From Eledone cirrhosa (lineage: Eukaryota), in contig OZ024745.1 in assembly GCA_964016885.1 (NCBI GenBank), positions 122,822,001 through 122,886,000 of the forward strand: 64,000 bases of DNA, given 5' to 3'. Shown here one piece after another: positions 1 to 12,398 of the stretch. The number at the start of each line of letters is the position of its first letter. Within the stretch, counting starts at the first letter, position 1. The translations under genes were made by a program, and so were the position numbers. The notes beneath the pieces were generated by a model, which worked only from the letters and a program-made list of their open reading frames with translations, did not search any database and was not told the origin of the DNA.

Positions 1-192
1 ATAAGGGACTACGACTACCACCCAAGTTATATCCACAATCAATATAACAACTAGAAACAATGTAGTGTGGTAAATTTACTAATTAATTAAATTCATTTAC
101 AGCAATCAAATCAAGATTGAGGTCAATGTTTTGCCATAAAATAACCTGTAACCATCCTTATGTCAAACAACTATTTATTTACATTACTCTTG

Positions 193-370
193 AGTGCTAC
201 TGGTAGCATGTAACCCAGTACAACATGTTGCATGGCCGGGTCGTTGGCGACTAGACCGGCAACCCCACCAAGTTTACTTGGTGGGGAGGGTGATTTTGGC
301 CACCCTGCAGGACAAAAAACAAAACCTGACAAAGGGCGGAAGAACTCATAAGAGTCAATGGCCATCTAAA
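193..370 (+). repeat. Dispersed structured repeat, probable 5' UTR of an RTE-type LINE
   Basis: Clearly similar to 55958-56135 and partly to 52840-52880. The longer copies continue into CTAGGAGAAGG(A/C)AACTC, a motif I associate with RTE 5' UTRs. Confidence 0.5.
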
Positions 371-724
371 AAAAAAAATATCCTGCCAAATCAATGGGTG
401 GCAGTAGTTCCAGCTGCACGCATTGAAAGACTGGTGTAGTGGTTCTGAGAACAATGCGGCTTTTCAGATGATCAATGCAAATTAACAAAAGAAAGGCACT
501 CCCGCTCGAGTTAGAAGAGAACTATTGACCTTCAGGAGAAGCAGTGACCCCTGATTGTATTCAGCAACCAAAACAAATATGAAGTACACCAAATCCAATG
601 CTCCAAGGGGTGGCCCTGGTTCTTCTTATTTGTGAGTGTAAACTCGGCCAGATTAGATTAGATTGAATACGTCTGATATTAACATATTTCAATATTTAAT
701 AAAACGTAGCATTCAGAATAAGAA

Positions 725-1445
725 CAGGGTGATAAAGTTCCAGGGTCTATTTATTACCTTTGTGGGTAATAAAGAGATTCTGTCGTTGAGTGAAGGGTAT
801 TTTGTAGTATGTCTGTTGTTGAGTGAAGGGTATTATGTAGTATGTCTGTCGTTGAGTGAAGGGTATTTTGTATGATGTCTGTCGTTGAGTGAAGGGTATT
901 TTGTATGATGTCTGTCGTTGAGTGAAGGGTATTTTGTATGTTGTTTGTCGTTGAGTGAAGGGTATTTTGTAGTATGTCTGTCGTTGAGTGAAGGGTATTT
1001 TGTATGATGTTTGTCGTTGAGTGAAGGGTATTTTGTATGATGTTTGTCGTTGAGTGAAGGGTATTTTGTATGATGTCCGTCGTTGAGTGAAGGGTATTTT
1101 GTATGATGTTTGTATATAGAATGTAATGTTGCAGACTGGAAAGAAATGAAGCAAGCATTCTCTGCTGGATGTGTAACATTAGTGTACATTAACAACAAAG
1201 CACAGATGTGTTGAAAGAAAATTGGAGTATAAGAGGAATGAGATGTCGTGTGCAAGAGAGAAGACTGTGCTGATACAGGTATGTAATGTGCATAAGTGAT
1301 GACAGTTGGGTAAACAAGGATATTAGCTGGAAGGAAGCTATAAAAGAAGAAGTCTAAGAAAAACATGGAAAGAAAGTGGTGAAAGCTTATCTCAGAAGGC
1401 TGAACCACAGAAACGAGATGACAGACAAAGGAAATGCAATAAATT
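725..1445 (+). mobile_element. Decayed RTE LINE 3' fragment interrupted by a minisatellite
   Basis: 1131-1190 translates RLERNEASILCWMCNISVH, matching RLERNEASILRWMCIVNV of the LINE at 20866-20920. Confidence 0.8.
781..1112. repeat. 33-bp minisatellite, about 10 copies
   Basis: Unit TGTCGTTGAGTGAAGGGTATTTTGTATGATGTC, with period 33 and no spacers. Confidence 0.97.
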
Positions 1446-1810
1446 GTCAACTATGGCCTTTTTGCTGATTAAATCTATTGCCCAAATAGCTCACAGTGGC
1501 AGTTGAACACAGAATGCAAAGGGCTTTGACAAATACTGCAAAGCACTTCTTACATTCTAATAATTCCACTATACTGTTACTCTAAACTTTTACTTTATTT
1601 ATCAACCTTTTTATTGACGAAAAACAAATCTAACTTCATCAATATTTGATCTCAGAATACGAAAAGTCAGAATATACACCACAATGAATTTTCTTCAATA
1701 TTTAAACTCTTCTGCAAATTTTGGTAATGTCAGGATAATCTTGCTTAATAAGGGTAAAACTATATGAGAATGATAGAGATCTAAGGTCCGTCCCTCCAAT
1801 TTCTGTAACA

Positions 1811-2038
1811 TTAACCCTTTAGCATTGACATTACTCTATATTTACTAATGTATTTTGTGGTAAAGTCTTTATCTTACATAATTATCTCACATAATATCGA
1901 ATCTATGAGATTTTGATGTTATTTATTTTGAGAACAATACCTTAATGTCAGTATGAGCAGCCAGTTATGGCCAGTTTGAACAGAAAGAGATGAGAGAATT
2001 CTGGCTGGATACGGCCGGTTTAAATGCTAAAGGGTTAA
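1811..2038. mobile_element. piggyBac-like MITE
   Basis: TTAA-CCCTTTAGCATT ... AATGCTAAAGGG-TTAA. Related copies at 13651-13800, 15412-15640 and 61168-61382, and partial copies at about 3790-3975 and 57994-58142. Confidence 0.85.
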
Positions 2039-3215
2039 GATGAGAGAAACACCTCACCTTGAATAGAATGCAAGTATTTTCCTCTGCAATCACACCTTGC
2101 ACAAAGACTAGAACTCCTCATCAAAAGCCAATAACTCAATAGTTATACCCCTCTTACTTTTACTGCAGTTTTTATTAGTAAATTATCTACTTAGAACTAG
2201 GTTGAATTGGCCATTCAGAGTTAAATATTTTGGCCACTGACTCAATTCAGTATTACTGATATGATACATATCAATGACCTCTTGGCAAGTTTTCAGGCCA
2301 TCTTATTTTGCCCAACCATGCTATCATAAATTTGGCTTGCCATTGAAATTTATTTTTTTATTTATATATCAGTGTATATTTCTTGAATATATAAAAGTGA
2401 ACTTACGTGTAATGGCAGTATCATTTAAAATTCATTTTGGAACAATATTACTGTTTAACAGGATAAATTATAAGAAATCAAAGACTAATGCTAGTCTTTC
2501 ATCAACATCATCATCATTTTGTATCTGTTGTTTCTTGTTGGAAAGAATTAGATGGGTTATTACCAACCACGTCATGACTTAATCAAAGCTACTTTCCTCA
2601 TAGAATGGTTGAAGGTTGCATCTCGCTTACATACATTCAAGTTTTTTGGCATGGTTTTTACAGTTGAACACCCTTCCTCACATCAAACAGTACACTATGA
2701 AGATTTTATCATGACATCAACACTAGGAAGTAGTCCAATTCTTGACACAACTAAAAGCCTTCTCAATCATTTGTTTAACATGGTTTCTATGGTTAGATTC
2801 GATTTATAACACCAAGCATTTTATTGAATGTACTGGAGGCATTTTATCACGACACCGGTGCTAGACAGGTTGCTATGTGACTAATATGATTGAAGAGTTC
2901 TCTAAACATTTTGTGAAAGTTCAATCATGATTCTTTATATTCAAATCAAATTTTTCATGTTACACAAATGTTTGTTCTGTATTTTCAACCCCATTAGATA
3001 TTTTGTTTTTGATTGCAAATTCTTAAATATCTTTGATGCGACTTATTTGTTTATCTCTCCTCTATAGTAAGTTACTTTGAAATCAATCTGTTTGATGTCA
3101 AGCTTATGTGAATATTTGAGTGTGTGAGTATGTGAATGTATGTCTAACCCATGCTAGCATGGAAGATGGACATTAAACGAAGATGATGATGATGATGATG
3201 ATGATGATGTATGTA

Positions 3216-3254
<39 letters not shown>

Positions 3255-4969
3255 CATAATATAAATATATTAAATATATATATATAATATAAATATATCA
3301 TTATTTATATATATATATATAAATACATTAAATATATATATATATTGATGCTCTGATACCTCGTTCCTTAATATATATATGTAAACTACCGACTGTGGCA
3401 CCAAGTGGTTTTGGCTTGTCAAACTGAAACTGATTGATGCCACGATCAGGATTTTACTTATCTCTATACCCACTCTGCATCTCCCCATGCATTGAGTACT
3501 CCCATAGTTAATTGATTAACATAACTTTTTTTTATACCAATCTGCCTGAACATTCTCTGTATCTAAGGTAAAACACAATTTTGAAATGTGCATATTTAAA
3601 TTATAACTTTGTATTTCAATTTTATGTAAGACATATTTGTTATATAATAAAAATAATAAAGATGTCAGTTTGTTTTGCAAATCTCTTCAAATTCTTGATT
3701 AGTCTCACAACTAATTGAAAAATATAGTTAGTGTATTAAATGTTAAGTATGGTTAAGAAATGGTTTCTAAAGAAATATGCATTTTGCTTTGCCAGCTATA
3801 TCCAGCCAGAATTCTCTCACCTCTTCCTGTTCAAACCAGCTGTAACCAGCTGTTCATATTTATGTTAAAGTATTGTTCTCAAAATAAATAATATCAAAAT
3901 ATCATTGATTCAATATTATGTGAGATGAAGTGTTTACCAAGAAAATACAATAGTAAATATAGAGGAATGTAAATGCAATCATTTAACTGCTTTGATATCA
4001 AACTGCCTGAAACCACCCGTGTTTCTACAATACTAAGATCTACAGTTTAAAGTGTTTATATTTATCTAAAAATGTTCCATGAAAACTATATGTAAGAATC
4101 TTTATTAAATTATGCTTCAAAAATTAGCTTAATAATGAGAATGTTAGTTATATTACTAACTTTCCACAACATTATTGATTATTTTCAAAATAATTTGAAA
4201 ATTATATGCCAGGCCTTTCATTAGAAATATGTTAATGAAAGTGTAAGAGTGGCTAATCTCTGTAGCCAGTATTTCTTAGTAATCTTGCTTCATCAAGTTT
4301 TTCAAAAATCAACCTGAAAATCTAGAGTAACAAGTAGTACAGGGTTATTCAGTATTCTGTTGGAGATAAACTACTACTCTATTATTCTATAACCAACAAA
4401 CTGAGGCCATGCTGGGGCACCTCTCACTTATCATTAAACATTTTTCCTCAATTTGTCTTTCATTTGAATAAGATGTCATTAATCTCTTTAAAAATACAAC
4501 AAAAAAAGACCCCCACATTACAAAGGGATGCAGCATTAGTATAACCATTTAAAACTCAAATAGTTCTTTTTTTCTCAAATATCACTGATGAGAAAATATG
4601 AAAAATCAAGGTGATGAAGCAATGTTGGATGGAAAGAGACACACACGTCCATGTATCTATGTGTGTGTGTTTATGTGTCTCTCTGTCTATCTGTCTGTAT
4701 GTATGGATATGTGTGTATGCATATGTTTTCTATTTTATTTTAATTCTTCCTATAAAAAAGGAGTCAGTTTCTAACAAAGAAACAAAGCTTCATTACAGGA
4801 ATTTAGTGCAGACTTACATGATGAATTTTAGAAAAGTTTGAATATTTTTACTATTCCTTCTAGATTGGGTTTATTTGTTCTCAGTGAAAGCCCCAGCTTT
4901 TAGAGATTGCTACTAAGAAATTTATTAACATAACCAGGTGCTCTAGTAAAAGACTTCCTTCTGTTACAA

Positions 4970-5165
4970 GTGACCATGGGTTTTGCTCTTAGAAAGTTCC
5001 CCTCTAAGGCACAAGCCTGAGCAAGATGTTTTTGTTGAAGACCAGCACTGACCCATGCATACCATCTCCCCTCCCCACATCACTTATGTTGTACCAAGGG
5101 AAAGGTAAAAGCCAATACAGCTTGGCACCAGGGACACTGCAACTCATTTCTGCAGCTGAGTGAAC
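4970..5165 (-). mobile_element. 3' part of tRNA-derived SINE family B
   Basis: Homologous to 44010-44200. Confidence 0.65.
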
Positions 5166-5174
5166 CGTTTCAAT

Positions 5175-5420
5175 CATCGTCATCATCATCATCGTTTAAT
5201 GTCCATCTTCCACGCTAGAATGGGTTAGATGGAAATTGTCCCACTTCAGGCAAGATTGATTGGTTGACCATGTCTTGCTCATATAGGACTGCATCTGGCA
5301 GGTTTTCTACGGTTGGATGCCCTTGCTAACACCAACCACATTTACAGTGTGGACAGGGAGCCTTTTTACCATGTCTCCTACACAACCACTTAACAGCGTG
5401 GACTGGGTGCTTTTTCTCCT
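5175..5420 (-). mobile_element. SINE-like family C (RTE-type tail ending in (ATG)n)
   Basis: Reverse complement reads AAAGCACCCAGTCCAC...GGTGTTAGCAAGGGCATCC...AACCCATTCTAGCGTGGAAGATGGACATTAAACGATGATG. Other copies at about 8510-8710(-), 22800-22960, 23770-23960, 33136-33305, 36050-36340, 40790-41020, 46040-46135(-), 57260-57440(-) and 60060-60190. Confidence 0.75.
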
Positions 5421-5854
5421 GACCCCTACTTCCTCTTTTGTTCATTAGATATTCTGTAGTTATCTTCTGCTCTTGAATAGTAAAAAATATTTTTTAAAGT
5501 GTAATGATCTAAAGGTCACAAATCTAAAAGAGATTACTTTTCCTATAAATGTTATCACAACTTCTGTATTTATGAGAAATATACCAATATATAACTGTTT
5601 TTCGGTATGTAAAGTGTATCTCTTTAGGAACTTATTGTATTGCACTATTTAAGTGGTTCTAGAGTTGAATGGGACTATATTAGTTTAGCAGTTGAGGAGT
5701 TGTATAGAAGTAGGAAGTGAATATCTGTTGAGGAGTTCACTCTTGACATAAAAACTATTTGTTTCACTATTGAGTTGCTGTATTTATGATAATTACTGGT
5801 ATTTAGCAGATGCTGTGTAAGTCATATCTTATGACGCTCATAGACTATTTAGAC

Positions 5855-7854
5855 CAGGGGTGTGCAACATATTCCATTGGTGGGCCACTTTTGAACATTG
5901 GAACAACTATTAGGGCCATTAATATTTATTAAGCACTATTCCAAAGATTCACCACAACTTCTTTCCATAACATGTAATTGCGAAATTATAACACACATAA
6001 CCCTATCAGTGAAGCCCTTTAGTATAGGTCAACTGGGAAATTATAACACACACAACCCTATCAGTGAAGCCCTCTAGTATAGGTCAACTGGGAAATTATA
6101 ACACACAACCCTATCAGTGAAGCCCTTTAGTATAGGTCAACTGGGAAATTATAACACACATAACCCTATCAGTGAAGCCCTCTAGTATAGGTCAACTGGG
6201 AAATTATAACACACACAACCCTATCAGTGAAGCCCTTTAGTATAGGTCAACTGGGAAATTATAACACACAACCCTATCAGTGAAGCCCTTTAGTATAGGT
6301 CAACTGGGAAATTATAACACACATAACCCTATCAGTGAAGCCCTTTAGTATAGGTCAACTGGGAAATTATAACACATAACCCTATCAGTGAAGCCCTTTA
6401 GTATAGGTCAACTGGGAAATTATAACACACATAACCCTATCAGTGAAGCCCTTTAGTATAGGTCAACTGGGAAATTATAACACATAACCCTATCAGTGAA
6501 GCCCTTTAGTATAGGTCAACTGGGAAATTATAACACACAACCCTATCAGTGAAGCCCTTTAGTATAGGTCAACTGGGAAATTATAACACACAACCCTATC
6601 AGTGAAGCCCTTTAGTATAGGTCAACTGGGAAATTATAACACACACAACCCTATCAGTGAAGCCCTTTAGTATAGGTCAACTGGGAAATTATAACACACA
6701 ACCCTATCAGTGAAGCCCTTTAGTATAGGTCAACTGGGAAATTATAACACACAACCCTATCAGTGAAGCCCTTTAGTATAGGTCAACTGGGAAATTATAA
6801 CACACACAACCCTATCAGTGAAGCCCTTTAGTATAGGTCAACTGGGAAATTATAACACACATAACCCTATCAGTGAAGCCCTTTAGTATAGGTCAACTGG
6901 GAAATTATAACACATAACCCTATCAGTGAAGCCCTTTAGTATAGGTCAACTGGGAAATTATAACACACAACCCTATCAGTGAAGCCCTTTAGTATAGGTC
7001 AACTGGGAAATTATAACACACAACCCTATCAGTGAAGCCCTTTAGTATAGGTCAACTGGGAAATTATAACACACAACCCTATCAGTGAAGCCCTTTAGTA
7101 TAGGTCAACTGGGAAATTATAACACACATAACCCTATCAGTGAAGCCCTTTAGTATAGGTCAACTGGGAAATTATAACACACACAACCCTATCAGTGAAG
7201 CCCTTTAGTATAGGTCAACTGGGAAATTATAACACACACAACCCTATCAGTGAAGCCCTTTAGTATAGGTCAACTGGGAAATTATAACACACACAACCCT
7301 ATCAGTGAAGCCCTTTAGTATAGGTCAACTGGGAAATTATAACACACACAACCCTATCAGTGAAGCCCTTTAGTATAGATCAACTGGGAAATTATAACAC
7401 ACATAACCCTATCAGTGAAGCCCTTTAGTATAGGTCAACTGGGAAATTATAACACACATAACCCTATCAGTGAAGCCCTCTAGTATAGGTCAACTGGGAA
7501 ATTATAACACACATAACCCTATCAGTGAAGCCCTCTAGTATAGGTCAACTGGGAAATTATAACACACATAACCCTATCAGTGAAGCCCTCTAGTATAGGT
7601 CAACTGGGAAATTATAACACACATAACCCTATCAGTGAAGCCCTCTAGTATAGGTCAACTGGGAAATTATAACATATAACCCTATCAGTGAAGCCCTCTA
7701 GTATAGGTCAACTAACAGAAAATTGTATTACGGTTACGAAAAAAATTCTAAATAAGTCTACAAGGTAAAAATAAAAAAATGATCATTGGGGGCCACTCTG
7801 ACTGGTCTGGTGGGCCCAAATCGTTGTCTGCGGGCTGCCTGTTGCATGCCCCTG
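5855..7854. mobile_element. Non-autonomous hAT element carrying a tandem array
   Basis: TIRs CAGGGGTGTGCAAC / GTTGCATGCCCCTG, with a perfect 8-bp TSD ATTTAGAC at 5847-5854 and 7855-7862. Confidence 0.92.
5982..7713. repeat. 53/55-bp tandem array, about 32 near-identical copies
   Basis: Unit GAAATTATAACAC(AC)A(C/T)AACCCTATCAGTGAAGCCCT(T/C)TAGTATAGGTCAACTGG, head-to-tail. Confidence 0.97.
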
Positions 7855-8879
7855 ATTTAGACTAATCATAAGCTTCTGTGTTTTCTTTTCTCTCTTCTAA
7901 AATACAGCCCGTCGAATATTATTTCTGAGAAAAATTCAAGATGATGTTAGGACCTTATACATTTTAATATCTATGGAATGGATTTCCTCAACAAACCAGG
8001 CAAGTAACCAAAGTTACTAGTACTGCAAATGCATTGTGGCATATTGTTTTGTCACAAGAAGAAAAGTTCGACAGTCATACATTTTTTAAAGTCTAGAATA
8101 ATTCACTTTGATCACTCTATCATTGTTCTCTGCAATTTTGTATAATAAGTGTTCATCAACGTATGCATATACACACATTTGTGTGTGTGCATAAGTGTAT
8201 AAGTATGTATATATGTCTGTATGAGTTTTATCAAAATGGAAGTATAAAAGCATAGTGTGATATTGCCTTGTAAATGAAAACCTTCAGCTGTCATAAGTTT
8301 TTAAGCTCTAGTATGATTTTCTTTATTAATCTATTATTATTGACAGCATTTTTGCATGATACATGTTCCTCATACATGCACACACACACACATATATATA
8401 TGTATATATATATATGTTATGGAATGCTGTTAGCTTCTCGCTAAAACAATTTCTATACCTTTCATTTATATATATATATATATGTGTATATGTATATATA
8501 TATATATATATCATCATCATCATCAACGTTTAACGTCTATCTTCTACGCTAGCATGGGTTTAGACGGGAATTGTCCTACTTGACCATGTCTCGCTCTTAT
8601 AGGACTATCTGGCTGGTTTTCTACGGCTGGATGCCCTTGCTAACACCAACCACGTTTACAGTGTGGAACTGGGAGGTTTTTACCGTGTGGACTGTGTTTT
8701 TTTGTCATGACACCTACACGACCTCATTTATTTTGAACTGGATGTTGTGGTACCAACATAACTTTACAGAGAAAGGGCAGTGTTGGTGGGAGTGGGGGTG
8801 GAGTAGGGGTAATGGATTTGGGTGTATATTTGGTTAAGAGGTGCCTACTGACTGTAGGTTTTGCTTTGTACATAGGCAA

Positions 8880-10018
8880 GGCGGGTCTTTTGTATTACTG
8901 CGAAGCGCCAAAGCTCTAGGTCCAGTGACATTGATTGGAGAGGTGTAAGTGTGTGAGGTCAGAATTTATCAAATCGTAACAGGTTTTTCTGGGTCTACCT
9001 ACTCCGTAACTTCCATCAATTTTGATCGCCCTGCACTTTTTTATACAGCTGTCGTCTTTCATGCACATCACGTGACCATACCAATGTAGTCTTCCCTCGA
9101 GTAAACAGCATCTGATCCCTCTGATTCCTAATTTCTGACTTAGTTCATTTATGCTTTGCCATTCACGTATATTACTATTACACATCCAAAGGAACATGCA
9201 TGCTTCATTCCTCTCCAGTCTGCACAGGTCCTCTGCACACAATGCCCATGTCTCACTGTCATGTAACATTGCTGTTCGTATACAGGCATCATTCAATCTG
9301 CCTTTCATTTTTAGAGAGAAACCTTTAGTGGTCAATAGTGGTATAAGCTCTCTGAACTTTTTCCATCCCGTTCTGACTCTGGCTACTGTACTTTTAGAGC
9401 ACCCTCCACCACTGCTGATTTTGTCACCCTGGTAATGGAAGGTGTCCCCTATTTCTATAGAACCATCTGGGCAATAGAAGAAGCTAGTATCCTGTGGGCA
9501 CTTGCTACTTATTGCACCTGAGCATCGGCCACATATAAAATCTACGTTCTTAGATAGCTTACCTGTGATCCCACTACATCTTTTATGTACCCATAGTTTG
9601 CATTTGGGATATAATATGGAATTTCTGCCTACTCCTTTCCTACACACTGAGCATGGCCATTTGCCAGAGGGTACCTGTACCCTATTTTCCTTTCTACATA
9701 CTAGAACTTTAGTCTTAGACAAGTTAACTTTAAGGCCTTTTGATTCTAGGCCATGCTTCCATGTTTGGAATTTCTTCTCTAGTTCAGCCATCGATTCAGC
9801 TATGAGAGTTAGATCATCTGCGTATAGAAGTTCCCATGGGCAGTTATAGCCTGAAGGGCAATAATAAATAGGAGGAGCTAAGGACAGAGCCTTGATGAAC
9901 ACCAACTTTTATGCTAAATTCTTCACTATATTCATTGTTAATTCTAACCTTATTGACTGTTTCTTTATACATGGCTTGCATATCTCTCACAAGCCATTCA
10001 TCTACACCTAGTTTTCTA
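8880..10018 (-). mobile_element. 5'-truncated RTE LINE (RT C-terminal half, PHD-like finger, 3' end)
   Basis: ORF 8916-9905 contains PWELLYADD, CSVC...CKLWVHKRC...CGRC and GRLHWYGHV. Confidence 0.92.
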
Positions 10019-10068
10019 TATATGTATATATATACAAGTAAGTTTGTTTTGAAACAGCGAGCAAAGTT

Positions 10069-10271
10069 TGAAATTTAGTAGAAATAGAAGAAATAGAAGC
10101 TTTTGCTGTATTTTTTATTAAAGAAATTTTAGCCTGATAAAAATGGAACAGGATGAGTATTCACGTACATACTCATCCTTTTCTATTTTGTAGAGGGTTT
10201 TAAATCCCGCTATCAGGCTAAAATTTCTTTGTCAAAAATAAGGCAAAAGCTTCTATTTCTACTAAATTTCA
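10069..10271. repeat. Fold-back inverted repeat next to (TA)n
   Basis: Arms of about 60-70 bp: TGAAATTTAGTAGAAATAGAAG...TTTTAGCCTGATA / TATCAGGCTAAAA...CTTCTATTTCTACTAAATTTCA. Inner hairpin AGGATGAGTA/TACTCATCCT. Confidence 0.8.
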
Positions 10272-10289
10272 TATATATATATATATATC

Positions 10290-10325
<36 letters not shown>

Positions 10326-10383
10326 TACCTCTTTACACTTTTACACTATTTACAAATTATCCTCTGTAATTGTTTGATGTGTT

Positions 10384-10423
<40 letters not shown>

Positions 10424-10439
10424 TAAAATAACAGATTAA

Positions 10440-10490
10440 AGTTTAAGCAAAGAATCGCTGCTTTCAACCTTAACGGGATCTTCTGAAACT
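10440..10490 (-). ncRNA. Hammerhead-like motif, U4A core variant
   Basis: AGUUU CAGAAGA UCCC GUUAA GGUU GAAA GCA GCGAUUCUU UGC UU AAACU, followed downstream by AAUAAA and (TA)n. Confidence 0.6.
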
Positions 10491-11187
10491 AACAAAGTCA
10501 ATCTGTAAACGCAGAAGTGGATATTTCAAAAAACGTTGCAACCGAAGGAAGACAGGAAGACGATACTTTGGTTCGTAGAAAAGTTCCCTGGCAAAGAACG
10601 GGAAAAAATGAATATAATACGTCATTAATAGAAGCGGTGAAAAACAATTACGCGCAAAGACAGAACCACGTTTATGGTATAAAAAGAGGTCGTAGACTAA
10701 TGTTCTCTTAGGTGGTTCATAGAGACGTTCTCTAGCAATGAACGAAAAAAACAAAGATAATAAGTCATATGTGGAGCATGGAGAACAATAGCACGCAAAG
10801 ACAAAACCACGTAAAAGGTATAGCAGAAGTCGTAGACTAAATTCTAACTAGGAAACCGAATGAATCTCCGCTACAGAGTTAAGAACAAAGTAAATAAATA
10901 CAATACAGAAGTAATAGAAATAATATATATATATATCAATCGATTTTTAATTTAATGCTAATAAATGCTCAGATTTATTCCTTAGAATCTTTGCACTTAT
11001 TCTTCAGGTGGTATGGCGCATGTTTCTGATATTCTCAGAAATAACATCTTTGATTTAATTTTGGTAGTATATATATCAAAGAGGGTGTGGTAAGATACAA
11101 GGTGGACCATAACATGCCAGAGTACTCGATACTTGGGGTAGTAGAGTGGGTAATATGAAAAGATTCAGGGTCCTGAATCTTTTCATG

Positions 11188-11309
<122 letters not shown>

Positions 11310-11590
11310 TATAAATATATATATATATGTATATATATGTATATATATATATATATATATATACATATATATATACATATATATAAATATATATATATAT
11401 ATGTATATATATGTATATATATATGTATATATATGTGTATATATATATATAGAAGTAGAACACTGGAAGGCAATATCTGTAGTGGTAGAGCACTCAGTCC
11501 ATGGGACGCATTAGGTAGAAGTGGAAACACAGCAGTTAGTTCACCATACCGAGAACAATTCGGTATGGTAAACTAACTGTTGTGTTACCA

Positions 11591-11650
<60 letters not shown>

Positions 11651-11716
11651 TATGTCCCAAGGCTCTAATACCATCAACACTATAAACACAGAGCTGGCAT
11701 ATCTAAGAACTGACTA

Positions 11717-11772
11717 ACTGCCTGATAAGGTCATAGCCATTCAATGGCTATCATCAAAATATATATAGCAGT
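11717..11772 (+). ncRNA. Decayed minimal type-I hammerhead (G8A, G12A)
   Basis: ACUGC CUGAUAA GGU C AUAGCCA UUCAA UGGCUAU C AUC AAAA UAUAUA UA GCAGU. Sister of 32969-33023. Confidence 0.75.
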
Positions 11773-11813
11773 AAATAAAGGATTATGAGTTCATGCAATT
11801 AACTTATGTTTCG

Positions 11814-11852
<39 letters not shown>

Positions 11853-11857
<5 letters not shown>

Positions 11858-12075
11858 AACGAGTAGGACCCCGACGGTTGAGCTCAAGCCATTTTGACAG
11901 CTAATTCTGGACTAAAATCATTCTGGACTAAAATTTTAGTCCAGAATTACCTGTCGAAATGGCTTGAGCTCAGCCGTCGGGGTCCAACTCGTTTTTATTA
12001 CCCACTCTACTACCCTAAGTATTGAGTACTTTGGTGTGTTATGATCCATCTGGTTCCGTACCACATTCCCTTTGT
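11853..12075 (+). mobile_element. Short Penelope-like terminal element with 5' fold-back and hammerhead 3' half
   Basis: Palindrome at about 11853-11998 containing GAAA UGGC UUGAGCUCA GCCG UC. Tail CCCACTCTACTACCCTAAGTATTGAGTAC, flanked by (TA)n. Family members at 11070-11187(-), 31088-31282 and 45655-45792(-). Confidence 0.7.
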
Positions 12076-12209
12076 TATATATATATATATATATGGACTG
12101 AGGCTGTATGTGTGTACAAATTTATATAGGTGTATGCATATTAAAATAAAAGGAAGACTAAAGCACATAACAAAAAAAGAATGTCAAACATAATACATTT
12201 TCCTTGGCA

Positions 12210-12398
12210 TGTGGATTGGCAGTATAGGTAGAGGGCCGGACGCCATGCTTTCTAGCATAGTTACGTCCCTGTACGATCTGAGTTCAAATCCCGCCGAGGT
12301 TGACTTTGCCTTTCATCCTTATGGGGTCGATAAAATAAAGTACCAGTAATGCACTGGGTAATTGCTGGCCTTGTGCCTAAAGTAGAAACAATTATTAT
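12210..12398 (+). mobile_element. tRNA-derived SINE family A
   Basis: A-box-like TGGCAGTATAGG, B-box GAGTTCAAATCC, core GCCTTTCATCCTTATGGGGTCGATAAAATAAAGTACCAG and (ATT)n tail. Further copies at 28493-28712, 28775-28965, 42945-43075(-), 43155-43285(-), 44633-44820, 48900-49082(-) and 55228-55597 (tandem pair). Confidence 0.85.

Noticed and set aside
747-1450. Repetitive 135-205 aa ORFs
   Set aside because: They stay open only because the 33-bp unit lacks stops on the minus strand. The region is antisense to an RTE relic.
4583-4615. CTGATGA...GAAA hammerhead-like words
   Set aside because: No stem II or stem III and no UH site.
5982-7713. CRISPR-like regular array
   Set aside because: Units are head-to-tail with no unique spacers, there are no cas genes, and the context is eukaryotic.
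10975-11040. Minus-strand CUGAAGA near AAUAAA
   Set aside because: No GAAA in the correct position and the stems cannot be built.
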